Source: Pelomyxa schiedti (taxonomy: Eukaryota > Protista > Evosea). Taken from it: DNA of 59,247 nt. Below are positions 23,855-37,161 of this stretch, in pieces; the stretch's first letter is position 1; every line of letters begins with the position of its first letter. The stretch is taken from positions 1 through 59,247 of the forward strand of contig JAHLWZ010000290.1 of the NCBI GenBank assembly GCA_020536535.1, given 5' to 3'. A program made the translations under genes and the position numbers. Under the pieces are notes generated by a model that did not search any database, was not told the DNA's origin, and saw nothing but the letters and a program-made list of their open reading frames with translations.

Positions 23855-26800
23855 ATGTTTAACGGCATTAGAGCGACATTTGGCATTGGGATGGGTATGT
23901 TGTTTCTATGTCACTTTTTTCCCCTTTTTCCTGTCCCGTTTGGTTTGTGCACATCCATCACTCTCATTCATTGTCACTTGGTAACTTGAACAGAAAAACC
24001 AAACCCCCAAGTGGCCACAACACGGAGAGAAGGTGCGGAAGAGAGTGGTGATAAAACACAGCATCAGGAAACGCAAAGCACAAGTCTATCCTGTGAGAAG
24101 CAGCCTGATGGTGTCAATGCTCACCCACCTCCCAGAGTAGATGAGTCGGAGCCGGCTATGCTTGGAGACAGGAGGGAAGATGAATCAGATAGAGATTGGG
24201 AGCTTTGTCCAATGGAAGAGGGTCATGTTGGAATTGAAACGCCTTGTGAAATCGTGGTTGCTGATCAAGGGAAGCAAATGGAGGAACTTGGAATGGGTGC
24301 TGAAATGGGCATGAGTGACAGTGTGCTATTCCTGAGGAGTACAGACGGGAGAGTAGAGGATGATGTGACAAATGGGGCTCATCCAGTGACTGAGGCTAGG
24401 GAGACTGCTGTACCAACTGAGGAGATTGTCAGGGAAGAAGTCAAGGAGATTGAATGCCCGACAAGTAATGAAGCTGAACAAGGAAATATCAAGAATTGTG
24501 CCGGTGGGGAGATCACAGAACCAAGTTGTACAATTTCTGTTGAGACTGTGGCCAACGACAGTTCCCTGCCCAAAGCCGATCAAGTACCACAGGAACCCCA
24601 ACAAGTCACAGAGGTGCTCAGAGAGAAGAGAAGTAGACGTAAAAGCTGCATCAACATCGTTTACAAACAAGTGCGCCGTACTATGCTTTCAAAGGCAAAG
24701 AAGGAACCCCTTGTCTTTTTCCTTGTGTGGAGCCTAGTGTTGGTATGTCTGATATTGCTTCCTCCCCCACTTACACAGCAAAAAAAATCAACGAATGGGA
24801 AAATATATAGGGAGTTGCAATCAGGACGTCGTTCTACGCCGGAGAGTTGTACGCAACCCAAGGCCTGAGCCACCCAATGGCTGCCAAATCAACGATGACC
24901 AATGGCAATCCCAGCTACAAACAGCCACAGCCACAGCCACAGTCACAGTCACAGTCACAGTCACAGTCACAGTCACAGGCCGAGCCTCCACTCTGCGGAG
25001 CCCAATTCCAAGAAAGGCTGGCCCTGCTGCTCGACGCCCTCGGGGGCACGGGCGACCCGCCGCCCGCTGCTGGCGTGACGGTCGAGCTGATGAGCCGCCC
25101 AGAGGCAGGCCACCCCCCCGCGGAGCCCGGGTCATCGCCCAGCACCTACCCCACAGTCGCGGCGGCCTTGGTCAGCGGGCCCCCTCGCCCCTGTCGCTTC
25201 ATGGCTCGCGTCATCGCTCAGTACCTGGGGCCCCGCCGCCGGCTTGCTGAGGATCAGGGGCCGCGCCCCGCAATGCTGCACCTCATCGAGTGCCGCGAGA
25301 GTCGCCTGGGCCCGCGTGCTACCGTGGAGGAGAACCAGGAGGCACTGAGGGAGTACATTGTGGGAGGCGGTGGGGCCGTTTACGTGGAGGGGAGGGAGGA
25401 GGCCTGCTGGGAGGAGGTCGTGGAGATGGTTAGGGGGCTTGTACAGGACTGCGACGGCGCCGGCGTTCTTGTGCTACTCCACCCAACAAGTGACATCATC
25501 TTGGCCTGAAAAAGGAATCCAAAAGATAGGTTGCTTTTTTGTTTCCCCTTGCCCTGCAAATAAGTTGGGTCTATGAGAAAAAGTTGGGTTGTTCTCTGTT
25601 GTTTCGAGAAGATCTGGTCAACAATTAAAAAAAATGTTGAATAGTGCAGAAACTACGACACACAGAGCGGCAGTGGTCAACAGCTATCTACGAGTGATTT
25701 ACAGTTCGCCAAAGCCCTTTGGTGACCCACAATTTACTGTTGTCCAAGCTGGATTGCGTCACATTCACCGCCGTAATGCACGTGCATTGCTTTTTGAGGT
25801 TTTTCTCTCCGGGTTCTGTGGAATTTCTCAGTCACACCCCTTTTTTCCCTCTTCCGTTTAGAATCCCGTGCTGAGAGAGAGGTTTGGAGGTGTGGTGTTG
25901 GAATGTGGGAAGATAAGTCACGAACCTCTTTTACCTACCGAAAAATTCCGGGATGATGTCACGAAGGACCATCCTGTAGGTGGTCTCAAGTTTTGAAATT
26001 GAAATGTTAAACCCAAAATATGCAGGTAGTGAAGCTTGCTTTACATTCTGACAAAGAATGTATACATCCCCTTCTCTTTGTCTTTCTATCTTCCCATTAA
26101 ACAGACTGGTGGTTATTGTGCACCATTGATGGCTGTTGCCCAATTCATTCTGTTCAACAACTTCCATTTTGGCACGTGACTACTTTTGGCCAACCTCCTC
26201 ATAAAAAAAAGAAAACCAGAATGCACAGGGTGGTCAAACAGACTCTTATGGGAAATAATCAGTCTCTGAAATTGATGTTTCTCACCAAACCATATCTTGA
26301 AAAAGGGAGTGTTCTTGCCCCTCAACTTCTGGAAAGCAATGTCCAGATGAAGCAAACTATTTTCACACTACGGCCTAGAACAGATGATGTTGATATGGTA
26401 ACTGCACGACGTAGTAAGATATTGACACCTAGATTTCAATCTTATCCATTTATTTTTGGTCTGCATCACCTATGTAAATTACCAGCCCACACATTATATC
26501 TAGGAAAAGTACTACATGTTGTGGGCCATGTTGAATGTGGGTGCGCGGAAGGTACTGATCCTCGATTTAAGGAACCTTACCAACTCTGTCCTGACACCCA
26601 TGGCACATTATACTTTTCGGACTACTCTAACAAACGACTTTGTGTGCTGTTCCCAGACAGTATTTTTTTGGCAACCCTGATGCTGCCTAACAGCAATTAG
26701 GAAATTTAAACATAATAAAAACAAATCTTGGACGTATATATGGCATGGCCCTTTCGAAAAATGCTTTAGCATATAGTGAGCGTCATCAAATAAAAATCCT

Positions 26801-28730
26801 GGAGCTAGGTTGTAGACCAGAAATTGTAGCTCATTAACTTGCCTTAGATAAACCTGATCTGGACCCACTTACCATAGGTGATAAAATAGGGTCCACAGAT
26901 GGGCCTTTGATTGATGCACTGTTCACACGGCCCTCTGCATTAACATTCGACTACAACGGGAATTTATGGGTTGCTCAAAGTCACACAAAGTCTGTGCGAG
27001 TTATTGTGTTTTCAGCAGGTATGCATGTCCCAGTAAACATTGCGTCACTACAGCAATTACCCAGAGAGTGTTTTTACTGTTCTCGTTTTTTCTGAGCCAC
27101 CTACTGCTCTATGCTGTGACAAACACAATAACCTGTACATTGCAGTTGGAAATCGGATTTTGAAAGCCCCTCTCAATTCTGAGCACACTACATGTTTCAT
27201 CCTCTAAAATAACATTGCCTCTTCTAAATCAACAAAAGCACCTCCACTTCTGCTGTGTGTTCTTCCACCACCTATCAGTTACATATATTCAATGGCCGTT
27301 ACCGATGAAGATAGGCTTCTTTTTACATGGGGTGACAATATTCTCATGCTTCCTACACTTGGCGGACAGTGCGGGTCTGAAGGACAAACAGCCCATACAG
27401 AGAGTTCAAGAAGAGCCAGTTACTGTGACGTTGTTGATGGCATTTCTACAGATGATATTTGCTCACCTGTAATTGTTGTTGGTGGAGGAGCCGATTTTCA
27501 GGGTGACCCCTATGGTGCACACCCCCTTAATATCAAGCTTCGACGGCCTCGTGGTGTTGCAGTTGGATGCAGCAGTGGTGAGATATATATTTCTGACAAC
27601 CACAGGATAATGTGCTTAGTGGAGATGAAGGTATCAGGCTGTTTGTATCTGGTCACCTTCTGAGAGTTCCTCAGGTATCTGCAAAATCAAAACATTCAGA
27701 CCTACCTGACGTAATGATCTCCCCTCACTGTGTGTACTCTCATATGTTGAATTTAATAACAAAATGGCTAGTGAGAAAAGCATTTGAGCAATTGCCTCTG
27801 GTGAGGTTGTTTGGCATTACGTCTCCGTGTCGGTTTGCTGAACACATGATGGGCATTCTCGGTTCCTGTGTTTTCAAGGAGGTGGAAAACTTGTATTTCT
27901 TTTGCCAATGCGTGAGAGAGCCACCATTGGATGCACTTGCATTGGTCTTGCAACGATTCATTTTTGACATTTTCCCCTGGTTGTTCAAGGTATATCCAAA
28001 TACTACGTATCCCAGAGATACACTCGTCACCAAGGCGCGCGACTGTTCCAACGATTCACATCGACTCATCGTACAAGTTTGCCACAACATAATAAGCCAG
28101 ACAAAATCCGCAACAGATCCGCCGGCCTCGTCAGTGGCAATAGCACACCTTGTTTATGGTTTCATACATCAAGAAGGACTTGGTGCACAACAAGACTACA
28201 CCACAGCAGCAAGACACTTCTTGATTTCTGCACAGTTGGGAAATAGCCTGGGTAATTATTATATTGCCACATGCTATTTTCATGGACATGGTGTGTCACA
28301 ACAGCTAAGGGAGGGAGTGCGGTACCTACAGCTTGCTGTTCAACAAAATAACCCCATTGCTCAAAGTGACCTAGCATATTGTTACCGCACAGGATATGCT
28401 GGTGTTGAGCTGAATCTATGTGAAGCTGTGAGATTGTGGACCATATCTGCCGGCCAAAGCTGCCCCATTGCCCAAAACCAACTTGCATTGTGTTATGAGG
28501 AAGGCAAGGGTGTTGATAAGAACATAATGCAAGCAATTACCCTCTATGAAGAGGCAGCTTATTCGTTTCAACTCCCCGATGCACAGTTCAACCTCGCTGA
28601 TTGCTTTCTCAAAGGAGAAAAGCTAGGGATACTTCAGGACATGCCCAGGGCAGTGGCATTGCTTGAACAGGCCAGAGCACAAGGGCACAAGAAGGCCACA
28701 ATAAAGCTGAAGAGGCTTGGAGTTGGATGA
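23855..28730 (+). CDS. Large protein with acidic low-complexity N-terminus, NHL (beta-propeller) repeats and C-terminal Sel1-like repeats (may be more than one gene)
   Basis: ATG 23855 with a GTATGT intron joins in frame to ORF 24011. NHL-like motifs FKEPYQL..D..GTLYFSD.SNKR, FTRPSALTFDYNGNLWVA, LRRPRGVAV..SGEIYISDNHRI. Sel1 motifs AQ..LA.CY..G.GV.KN...A..LY at 28140-28720. Confidence 0.68.
24922..24978 (+). repeat. Coding hexamer microsatellite (CAGCCA)n(CAGTCA)n encoding QPQPQP-QSQSQS
   Basis: Directly visible tandem hexamers. Confidence 0.9.
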
Positions 28731-28984
28731 CTACCAAAAAAAAACAGAAAATTTATCAGTGCCATGTATATTTTTGCCTCCTTTTTTGGCAGTTGATTCC
28801 TGGGAAGAACTTTCACCACAAAATAAATGAACACTTTGTTTCCTCTTTATCTCGCTACGAAGCAGCATGTGGCAATGTCGTTCGTCTTGGAATCACTCGT
28901 ATCGTTGACCTGAGTTGTTTGATGACGTTAAGGAGTTTTTCACCCTGGGTGGTGATAGAATACCCACCTCTTCAAAGGGAGCGA

Positions 28985-29598
28985 TCAAGAATATTTCACC
29001 CGTAGGATGCACATAGGCCTTTCCTCACGAGGGACCAACATCCAAGCCCTGTCATAAGCCTTGTAGTACTTGTCTAGGACTGAGTGCTCAATGGCGGGAG
29101 TGTGTTTGACAAGCGGGCGATTTAATGTGCATTTTGTTCCGTCACAGCACCTGTAAACATTGCCACACACAGTGCAAAAGTTACGTGACATCCAAACAAA
29201 AGATACATGTTTCCACTTTTATGTATAAACAAGGTAAAGGCAAGAAAAAAGGATCATAAGGAAGGTACCTTGGTTTGGTCACAATCTCCTCCAATCTCAT
29301 TCAAAAAGTGGCTCAAAACTGATCTTGCATTCTTAGACCACGTTACACTGCTGTTCAACAATGCTTGCTAGTTTTGTGACTCAGTGGGTCGGTGGAACAG
29401 ATGAGAAAAGCGCACCTTCCAACAGGAACTGGAACGCCCTGCATGGTACCTTTTTTTCGAAAAAGAAGGTTATTCACCCGATATTGTGGGTGATATGATG
29501 GCAAACCAAAATCGGGAAGTCCGTTGAATCCTCCCAAGGGCTTGCACATCAAGAAGCGCCAGCACTCCGGCAGTTTCGGCTTGATACAGTGCTGCCAT
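28985..29598 (-). CDS. Small F-box-like protein with Cys-rich C-terminus (copy 1)
   Basis: Spliced MAALYQAETAGVLALLDVQALGRIQRTSRFWYHAGRSSSCWK resembles an F-box. Later exon has CTVCGNVYRCCDGTKC...H. Confidence 0.6.
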
Positions 29599-29661
29599 TG
29601 CTGTGATGGAATCATCGATCCTGATGATCTCGTTACAAAATTGTTCTGAAAATACGGAGTT

Positions 29662-31088
29662 TTACTCAATAGATGCAGAAACCATCTGTCGTGTATCTAT
29701 GGCCCCACTTGGAGGCACCTTCTCGAATTCCATGACAGGCATGGATGCACGTAGCGCGTCCGTTGAGCCGATAATTTCTGAATATTTTGACACTGAGATG
29801 GACCCCACAGCTTGATTTGGGAACAACTTCCAGTATCCTGACGTGGTGTGTTAAAAAAGAAAAAAAAACAAAAATGCAAGAAATTGCAGATACCGTGGAT
29901 GTGATCGTACTCTGAACTCTGATAGTGCTTCCAGAGGTCACACTCTTTGTTTGGCAGAACTCCACCCAGTCTCACCATTTCAGCCACCAACTCACTTTGG
30001 TCCAAAATAACAGCAAGAATCATTGGAGTGAAAATTCCTTCATAACTACGAAGCTGGAAGCTGCAAGAAGCATTGGGATTCGCCCCGAGGGTTAAAAACT
30101 TCATTGCCAGCTCTCGCTGGTTTCTCAATATTGCCATGAAAAGTGGTGTTTTTTCATTTGCCGTCTCCGAATTGAGGAATGCAGAGAAATTTGGATGATT
30201 GACGAGAATATCAAGAAGCTCCTTGTTTGTTGCACTCCAGCGCGGGTACTGTGTTGCGTTCACAAAAGCACGGCCAAGGCCCTTGTGGAACACCTGACAG
30301 AGATACTGCAAAACATCTGGACGAGCTTCCTCACAACCACAGTACACTGCAATTGGCAGTTTGGCGTCAAGAGCCTCGATGAATTTATTCCCGCCCCACT
30401 TTTCATTCACCAGCAGTTGTATGACTTCCAAATTGTTGTTGTGCATGACCATTTCCAGGGGAGAGTCGGGCTGAGGGGGCGTTTTATTGAATAGCAAGGT
30501 AGCCTTAGTTGGAACATCAAAACGAGAAAGTATCATTCCAATGACATCCGGCTGTAGCTTACCAATACACAAGTGCATAGCCGTGACCTTTCTGCCATCC
30601 ACCGAGCACCACAACCCCGGATTTGCACCGAAGGGTTCCAGCAAGAATCTGGCCACTTCCACATGCCCCTCATACACAGCACAAGCAAATGCAGTCCCTT
30701 CATCCCACTGGTTCCAAGTGCACATGGAATCCGCCATCCGGGAGAAAAAATCTCGCCGGCAAGGCCTTTCGTGCCACGCATCGTGCACTATCTTCAGCTC
30801 CTCGAGGTGCCCGAGAACCGCGCATACGAACATGACATTGATTCGCACCAATTTTTTCGCGCCGTGGCCTGTTGACGTGTCTGGGACTTTGGTCTTGCAC
30901 TCGAATGCCCCTGGTTCGTGGCCCACGGGTGTCCGAGCAGCCAACTTGGCCAATTTCCCAGGCCGCGCCTTGGCCGCGGCTGTGAGGAGCTTGTTGCCCT
31001 TCACAACCGAAATGAGGCTGGCTCGTTTGGCGGCATAATTTGCAGAGTGTTGTTGATTGTGGGTGTCGGTTCCCACTGTCTGTCCCAT
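29662..31088 (-). CDS. Ankyrin-repeat protein, MG start (copy 1), one intron near the 3' end
   Basis: Motifs TAFACAVYEGHVEVARFLL and TPLFMAIL...KFLTLGANPN. Last exon GYWKLFPNQAVGSISV...VSASIE* is conserved with copy 2. Confidence 0.82.
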
Positions 31089-31168
31089 GTTTCTTTTAAA
31101 AAAAAAAACGGTCGATCAAACCCGGTGGTTTTCCGAACGGAATACTTTTTTTTTTGGCTATTTTATGC

Positions 31169-31850
31169 TCATGACTGATCAGACATAGCATATCTGTCAA
31201 AAAACCCAGAAGGTGTCTCAACAACGCCTCCAAACAGTGAAAGAAACTCGGAGATCACTGCGGTCTTTTTTTCCTGAGGAACTACCAAACTCCAAGCCAG
31301 GTCATATGTCTGGTAGTATGTGTGAAGGGCTGGGTACTCAATGGCGGGAGTGTGACTGACACGCGGGCGATTTACTGCGCATTTTGTTCCATCACAGCAC
31401 CGGTAAGCATAGCCACACCCCGTGCAATAGTTCCGCGCCATCCAAACAAAAGATACATGCTTCCACTTGGGTGTTTTTCGAATGTTAAACACCAGGGAAC
31501 AGTACTAGAAGGTACCTTGATTTGGTCACAATCTTCAATCTCATTCAAAAAGTGGCTGAAAATAATCCTTGCATTCTGAGACCACGTCGCACTGCTGTTC
31601 AACAATGCTTTCTAAGGTTTTTTTTTTTTGTTTTTGGTTTTTTTTGTGCTTCGCCAAACCGTTGGAAAACATACCTTCCAACATGAATTGGAACGCCCCA
31701 CATGGTACCTTTTTGAAAAATGATTATGTTTTTGATGTTACAATGAAGGAGCATAAACCAAAATCGGGAAGTCTGTTGAATCCTCCCAAGGGATTGAACA
31801 TCAAGAAGCGCAAGTACTCCGGCAATTTCAGCTTGATACAGTGCCGCCAT
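31169..31850 (-). CDS. Small F-box-like protein with Cys-rich C-terminus (copy 2)
   Basis: MAALYQAEIAGVLALLDVQSLGRIQQTSRFW... and CTGCGYAYRCCDGTKC. Same intron positions as copy 1. Confidence 0.6.
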
Positions 31851-31913
31851 TGCTGTGATGGAATCATCGATCCTGGCAGAACAGTTATTAGTGGTTCTCA
31901 AAATCTCGGAGTT

Positions 31914-33339
31914 TTACCCAACAGATGCAGAAACCATCTCTCGTGTGTGTGAAGGCAGTTTCTCGAATTCCATGACAGGCATGGATGCACGGAGCGCGTC
32001 TGTCGAGCCGATAATTTCTGAATATTTTGACACTGAGATGGACCCCACAGCTTGATGTGGGAGCAACTTCAAGTATTCTGATGGGTTTGTTAAAAAAACA
32101 TAAAAACGAAAGGAAATTACAGACACCGTGGATGTGATCGTACTCTGAACTCTGATAGTGCCGCCAGAGGTCAGAATTTTTACTTGGCAGAACTCCACCC
32201 AGTCTCGCCATTTCAGCCACCAACTCACTTTGGTCCAAAATAACAGCAAGAATCATTGGAGTGAAAATTCCCTCATAACTACGAAGCTGGAAGCTGCACG
32301 GAGCATTGGGATTTGCCCCGAGGGTTAAAAACTTCATTGCCAGCTCTCGGTGGTTTCTCAATATTGCCATGAAAAGCGGGGTTCTTCTGTTTTCAGTCTC
32401 CGAATTGAGGGACTCGGTGAAATTTGGGTGATTGACGAGGATATCGAGAAGCTCCTTGTTTGTTGCACTCCAGCGCGGGTACTGTGTTGCGTTCACAAAA
32501 GCGCGGCCAAGGCCCTTGTGGAACACCTGACAGAGATACTGCAAAACGTCTGGACGAGCTTCCTCACAACCACAGTACACTGCAATTGGCAGTTTGGCGT
32601 CAAGAGCCTCGATGAATTTATTCCCGCCCCACTTTTCATTCACCAGCAGTTGTATGACTTCCAAATTGTTGATGCACATGGCCATTTTCAGGGGAGAGTT
32701 AGCCCCAGCGGACGTTTCACATAGCAATTTAACTCTGGCTGGAATATCGCAAGCAGATAGAATCATGTCAATGACATCCGGTTGCAGCCTCCTAATACAG
32801 AAATGCAGAGCCGTTAATTTGTTACCTAGCTTGTCACCGAGCACATCGCACTCCAACCGCGGATTTGCGCGGCACTTTTCCAGCAAGAATCTCGCCACTT
32901 CCGCATGCCCCTCATTCACAGCACAAGCAAATGCGGTCCCTTCATACCACTGTCTCCAAGTGCACATGGAATCCACCAACAACACAGAAAAAGTAGTTTT
33001 GTCCTCCCAACAGACCCTTTCGTGCCAGGCATTGTGCACTATTTTTAGCTCCTCGAGGTGTCCCAGAGCAGCGCAAACAAACATAAGATTGAGTCGCACC
33101 AATTTTTTCGCGCCGTTGCCTTTCGACGTGTCCGGGATATTGTTCTCGATCCGACATGCCTCTATTTCATGGCCCACGGGTGTCCGAGCAGCCAACTTGG
33201 CCAATTTCTCAGGTTGCGCCTTGGCCGCGGCTGTGAGGAGCTTGTTGCCCTTCACAGCCGAAATGAGGCTGGCTCGTTTGGCGGCATAATTTGCAGAGTG
33301 TTGTTGATTGTGGGTGTCGGTTCCCACTGTCTGTCCCAT
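31914..33339 (-). CDS. Ankyrin-repeat protein, MG start (copy 2)
   Basis: Paralog of 29662-31088 with the same intron and stop position. Confidence 0.82.
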
Positions 33340-33507
33340 GTTTCAACTTGTTGGTAACGACCCTTCAGCAACCACCGCAGTTTTCTCTTTGCCCTTCTTT
33401 CCAAGAAATGGATCAAGATCTGGCAGAATGGAGGTGATGAGAGTTTACTGTTTTTCTACAAATTCCACAATTACTTTCTTTTTGGGGTCTGCCTGCCGCG
33501 CCCTTTG

Positions 33508-34757
33508 TTAGGTGACTTTGAGAAGTTCCCACAGCTTGAGCAACTTGTGGTGCCCAAGAACATCCTCCAGCCTTATACCGCCCTCAGGCGTTTTCGCCAG
33601 CTCATCCACAATCTCGCCAAGGAGCAAATCAATGGCCTGCTTGGCCCTGTCGTCCTCCACAGTTGATGCACCACTGGGACCACTGGGCCCGCCTCCGCCA
33701 CCAGAGTCCAATTGTCTGTGTGCGCGGTAGGAATCATACATTACATCGCTGAACGTGTGGAGTTCGTCTGGTTCCAATACACCATCGGAGTTAATATCAA
33801 ACAATCTTGGAGTAGTAGTAAGAGTCACGTGAAGGATGATTAGAGAGGCAAGGGGAAGAACCTGCAATAAAAATACAACTTTTCCTCGTTTGTTCCCTTC
33901 TTCAAAATTGACAGAGTTTGTACACAGGCACAACATGCTTTAAGTTGCCTGTCTTTGTCTGCATCACTACTCTCTGTTGGAACAGCTGCAGCCACTTCAG
34001 TGGCATAGCCCAGGGAGTCGATGATCAAGTCAATTAGTTTGGAACCTATGCCCTGTTGGGCAAAGAACATCCGCATGTGTTTCTCAGAAAAAGGTTCATC
34101 TGATACAATGTCTGAGGTTTGTGCGGTGAGATAACTTCACATAGAAGAAATATAGAGACCGGAGAATTCCTGGAATAGCTGATCAACTTCATACATTGAG
34201 TAGTGAGTCTAAATAGTAAAGTGGTTATGTTTAATTTTGTTGTTGGGAAAAGAGCGAACCTGGAATGAAAGTTTTTTATACATGGCACTATTTTTTGTAC
34301 CCATTCGAGAGCGAAAGGTTTTAGAGCCAGAAGCACCTGAACTTTGGGGTGCCTCAGTAGATCTTCTACGAGGTTGCGGAGCCTTTGCAGCAGTTATGGA
34401 GCGGAGTGCTTGCATTACTTCGAACGAAAAATTTTCATCTTGTGGTGACCACACATTAGGCCCAAAGTGCATTAAGAAAGGGCATATCAATACCCGTTAT
34501 AGTTACAAGTGTTTGTGCAAAGAGCATTGCCTCTCTATCCCGTAGAGCCTATTACTGATCAGCGTTCAAAGCAACTTTTCCACAAGGGAAAAAAATATCA
34601 AACTGAGCAACGCTGAAAAAGCGTAACACAACACAGCGAAACAAAGACCAACATCAGTTAGATCTCTATGCTCCAGTCCTCGCAGTGGCTTTTGAGCCAC
34701 CATCGCCTGGCCTGTCGTTACTCGCCCTTGCGGCGACGCGGATAGATTACACCCCAT
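33508..34757 (-). CDS. EF-hand calcium-binding protein with predicted N-terminal myristoylation/palmitoylation (calcineurin-B/NCS-like)
   Basis: Start MGCNLS. EEKLYFYC|RLFDINSDGVLEPDEL is a canonical EF-hand loop. Confidence 0.7.
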
Positions 34758-34957
34758 CTGGCACCAACAGAGTAGTAACAATAAATTACTCGTTGTGTGG
34801 TTTTTTTTCTTTTTCGGCCGAACTTACGGTAATTTTTACAGCATTGCCCTGCGTGGCCACCAAAGAAAAAAAAATCACACAAAACAGATCTCAAAAAAAA
34901 ACAGGGCGATCGACATTGCCTGTGCTTCGTTAAGTACATACAACCAACTGGCTGTGA

Positions 34958-36937
34958 TCAGGGTGGGCGGCTGAGTGTGCTTGTTGCTTGTGTGATACAG
35001 TCCTTGTTCACTGCATCTCCCAATAGAAGGTGTATGGGTGACTTTTCTGTGTGGAGTATGGCCAGGTGACCGGTGGACCAACTGCGTTGCATCGTTACGG
35101 CACTGATGTAATGCGTGCCCACTTGCTCCAGGAAAGAAAGGTACGAATCCATTTCTTTTTTGGGTGAGTTGTGAACTTGTTTAGTATTTGATAAATACCT
35201 TGTTTAGTAGCGCAGCTTTTTGGAAGGTCAACGGAGAGTGCGGAAAGTAAAGGAGAGGATGCAGGATTCCGCTGCTTTACAGTGTAGTATCCCTAATACC
35301 GTCACTGACAAAGAATTTTCCGTCAGAACCTACCTCTCGGCTTTGCTGAAGGGAAATCCTTTGGTTCTCCTCTGAGGAGACCCGGAACGGATAGTACAGA
35401 GTGAATCCCAGAGAATTGTTATCCACAGGATCAGTGGGAGCAGGAGACAGGGAAGTTTTGTATTGCATTGCCCGATACGGCGTATTTGTGGATGTTATCC
35501 ATTGCGACACAATGAAATGCAAGTCACTCAACGTGGATAATGAGTGAAGGAAACCGCCATAAAGCTGCGGGACTTCAGTTCCCGTGAGCATCACTTTCTC
35601 GGCGCTCCAAATGCCATCTATTTGAGAAGCTGTTCTCATGACAATTGCATAGCGCGATGGCGAAAAGTATGACAACACCCAAGTCTTGTTGAAGAGTCGG
35701 AGAGAAAGTTCACCAAGTGGTCCTGTGAAGATTATTAAAAACCTCCAAAACGCATTTCAGTTTCTACCTGGAAGAATGGGAGTTGCAGGTTGTCCCCATT
35801 GCCATCCATTTTCCTCAGTCCAACCCCATGGTATATATGCCGATTGTACGAGAAGTTGCTTTTCTGGCACTTTCTGGAGTATCATTCCTTCAGTCCGCAC
35901 TCGGCCAAACGCACATGATATGATGTAGATATAGCCATCATTTCCATTACACATTGTCCACATTTGATGCATGTCACCATTCCCATCATTCCACCACACT
36001 GGCGATTGCACTGTCCAGTCCTCCCCGTAGTTGGTACTTGTAGCAAGCCCTGCATAGTTCGTTGCCCAGTTTGGGTCGGACCAGGAGTGCACACTCATAA
36101 ATGACAGATAGTTTACATCAGAAACTGTGATTCCATCCCCAGGGATTACAGTAACTTCGTATTGCCCATACTTATTGTAGCCATTTTGAGCATTGGGAAG
36201 TATTTGCTTTGCCCTACCACTGGATTCTGATCCCGTACCAGCACAATTATCCCAAGTTATGCCCCCATCAAGTGGATATGTATGCGACCTGCACATCACA
36301 GGCGACCTCCACCCTGTACCTCCTGCCTGGTACTCGTCAAATGTATCGCCAAAGAAAAAACCTACCAATAAAAACATGTAAAGTAAGGCTCAAAAAAATC
36401 GCCTCCTACTTACCGAAAGCCCCATTCTGGAACATAAACGGCTCTCCCAGGTCAGTGCCTTCAAATTCGAACTGAGTTGTGACTCCTGGGCCAGTGATAT
36501 CTTTAACCTTAAGGTAGACGTCACCAAATATTGGAAGGGTATTACCGGCAACCTACTGTAAACCTACCTTCAAAGTTAATTGAGGAGCCACAGGGTCATA
36601 TTGTAGTTGAGTCTCCAAACTCGCGGTAGGTGTACCAACTGATATCTCATCCGCAACAAGATAAGCCGCGCTAGCAGGGAAGTGTGGGTGATACCAAGTC
36701 CTATTCTATACAGCCATCAAAAAGGGTAACCAGGCACCCTTACTATCCATTATACTTATTGGAGGCAGGGCGCCTTACGCTGTTGTAATTCAAGCGGACC
36801 ACTGCCCCACGTCGCACCGGCTCGCCTCGCACGTTCGTCGTAGTGAACAAAAGTTCCGCCCCAGGTACGCGGGCCAGCTCCGCGTGCGACAACCACGCCA
36901 CACTGAGGCAGCACACAACCGCCACCAAGCTTCTCAT
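34958..36937 (-). CDS. Secreted DUF4185-family (GH183-like) glycoside hydrolase, multi-exon
   Basis: Signal peptide MRSLVAVVCCLSVAWLSHA. Motifs GTDLGEPF, FFFGDTF, WRSPV, VIPGDGITV, YLSFMSVHSW, LYGGFLH, FIVSQW, PYRAMQY. The 3' end is approximate. Confidence 0.78.
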
Positions 36938-37161
36938 TGGAATTTTGAATTTTTCTCAAACGCAAACCCCAAAACGGGTCGAGTTGAAGAGCGATCCATC
37001 TTTTCTTGATGCAACCCTCGCCTCACACCTCCAAATGGAAGAGGGTGGTTGTTTTTCTGCTTCGTAAGAGGACGTTGCAGCACGGGATGTGAGAGCTTGA
37101 GCAAAGATGTCTCCTGATTGTTCAGTTGATTGTCGAAAGTGCTGGAAATTAAAAGTCCGAG

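Larger units (their letters stand above)
28985..33340. repeat. Tandem duplication of a ~2.2-kb ankyrin + F-box two-gene unit
   Basis: Units at about 28985-31090 and 31169-33340 are collinear with long near-identical stretches. Confidence 0.9.

Noticed and set aside
24922-24978. Short tandem repeat as a CRISPR array or telomeric repeat
   Set aside because: Spacer-less hexamer inside a coding exon encoding QP/QS.
29697-29870. C-terminal extensions of the ankyrin ORFs as given in the ORF track
   Set aside because: They read through an intron. The conserved last exon is in another frame in both copies.
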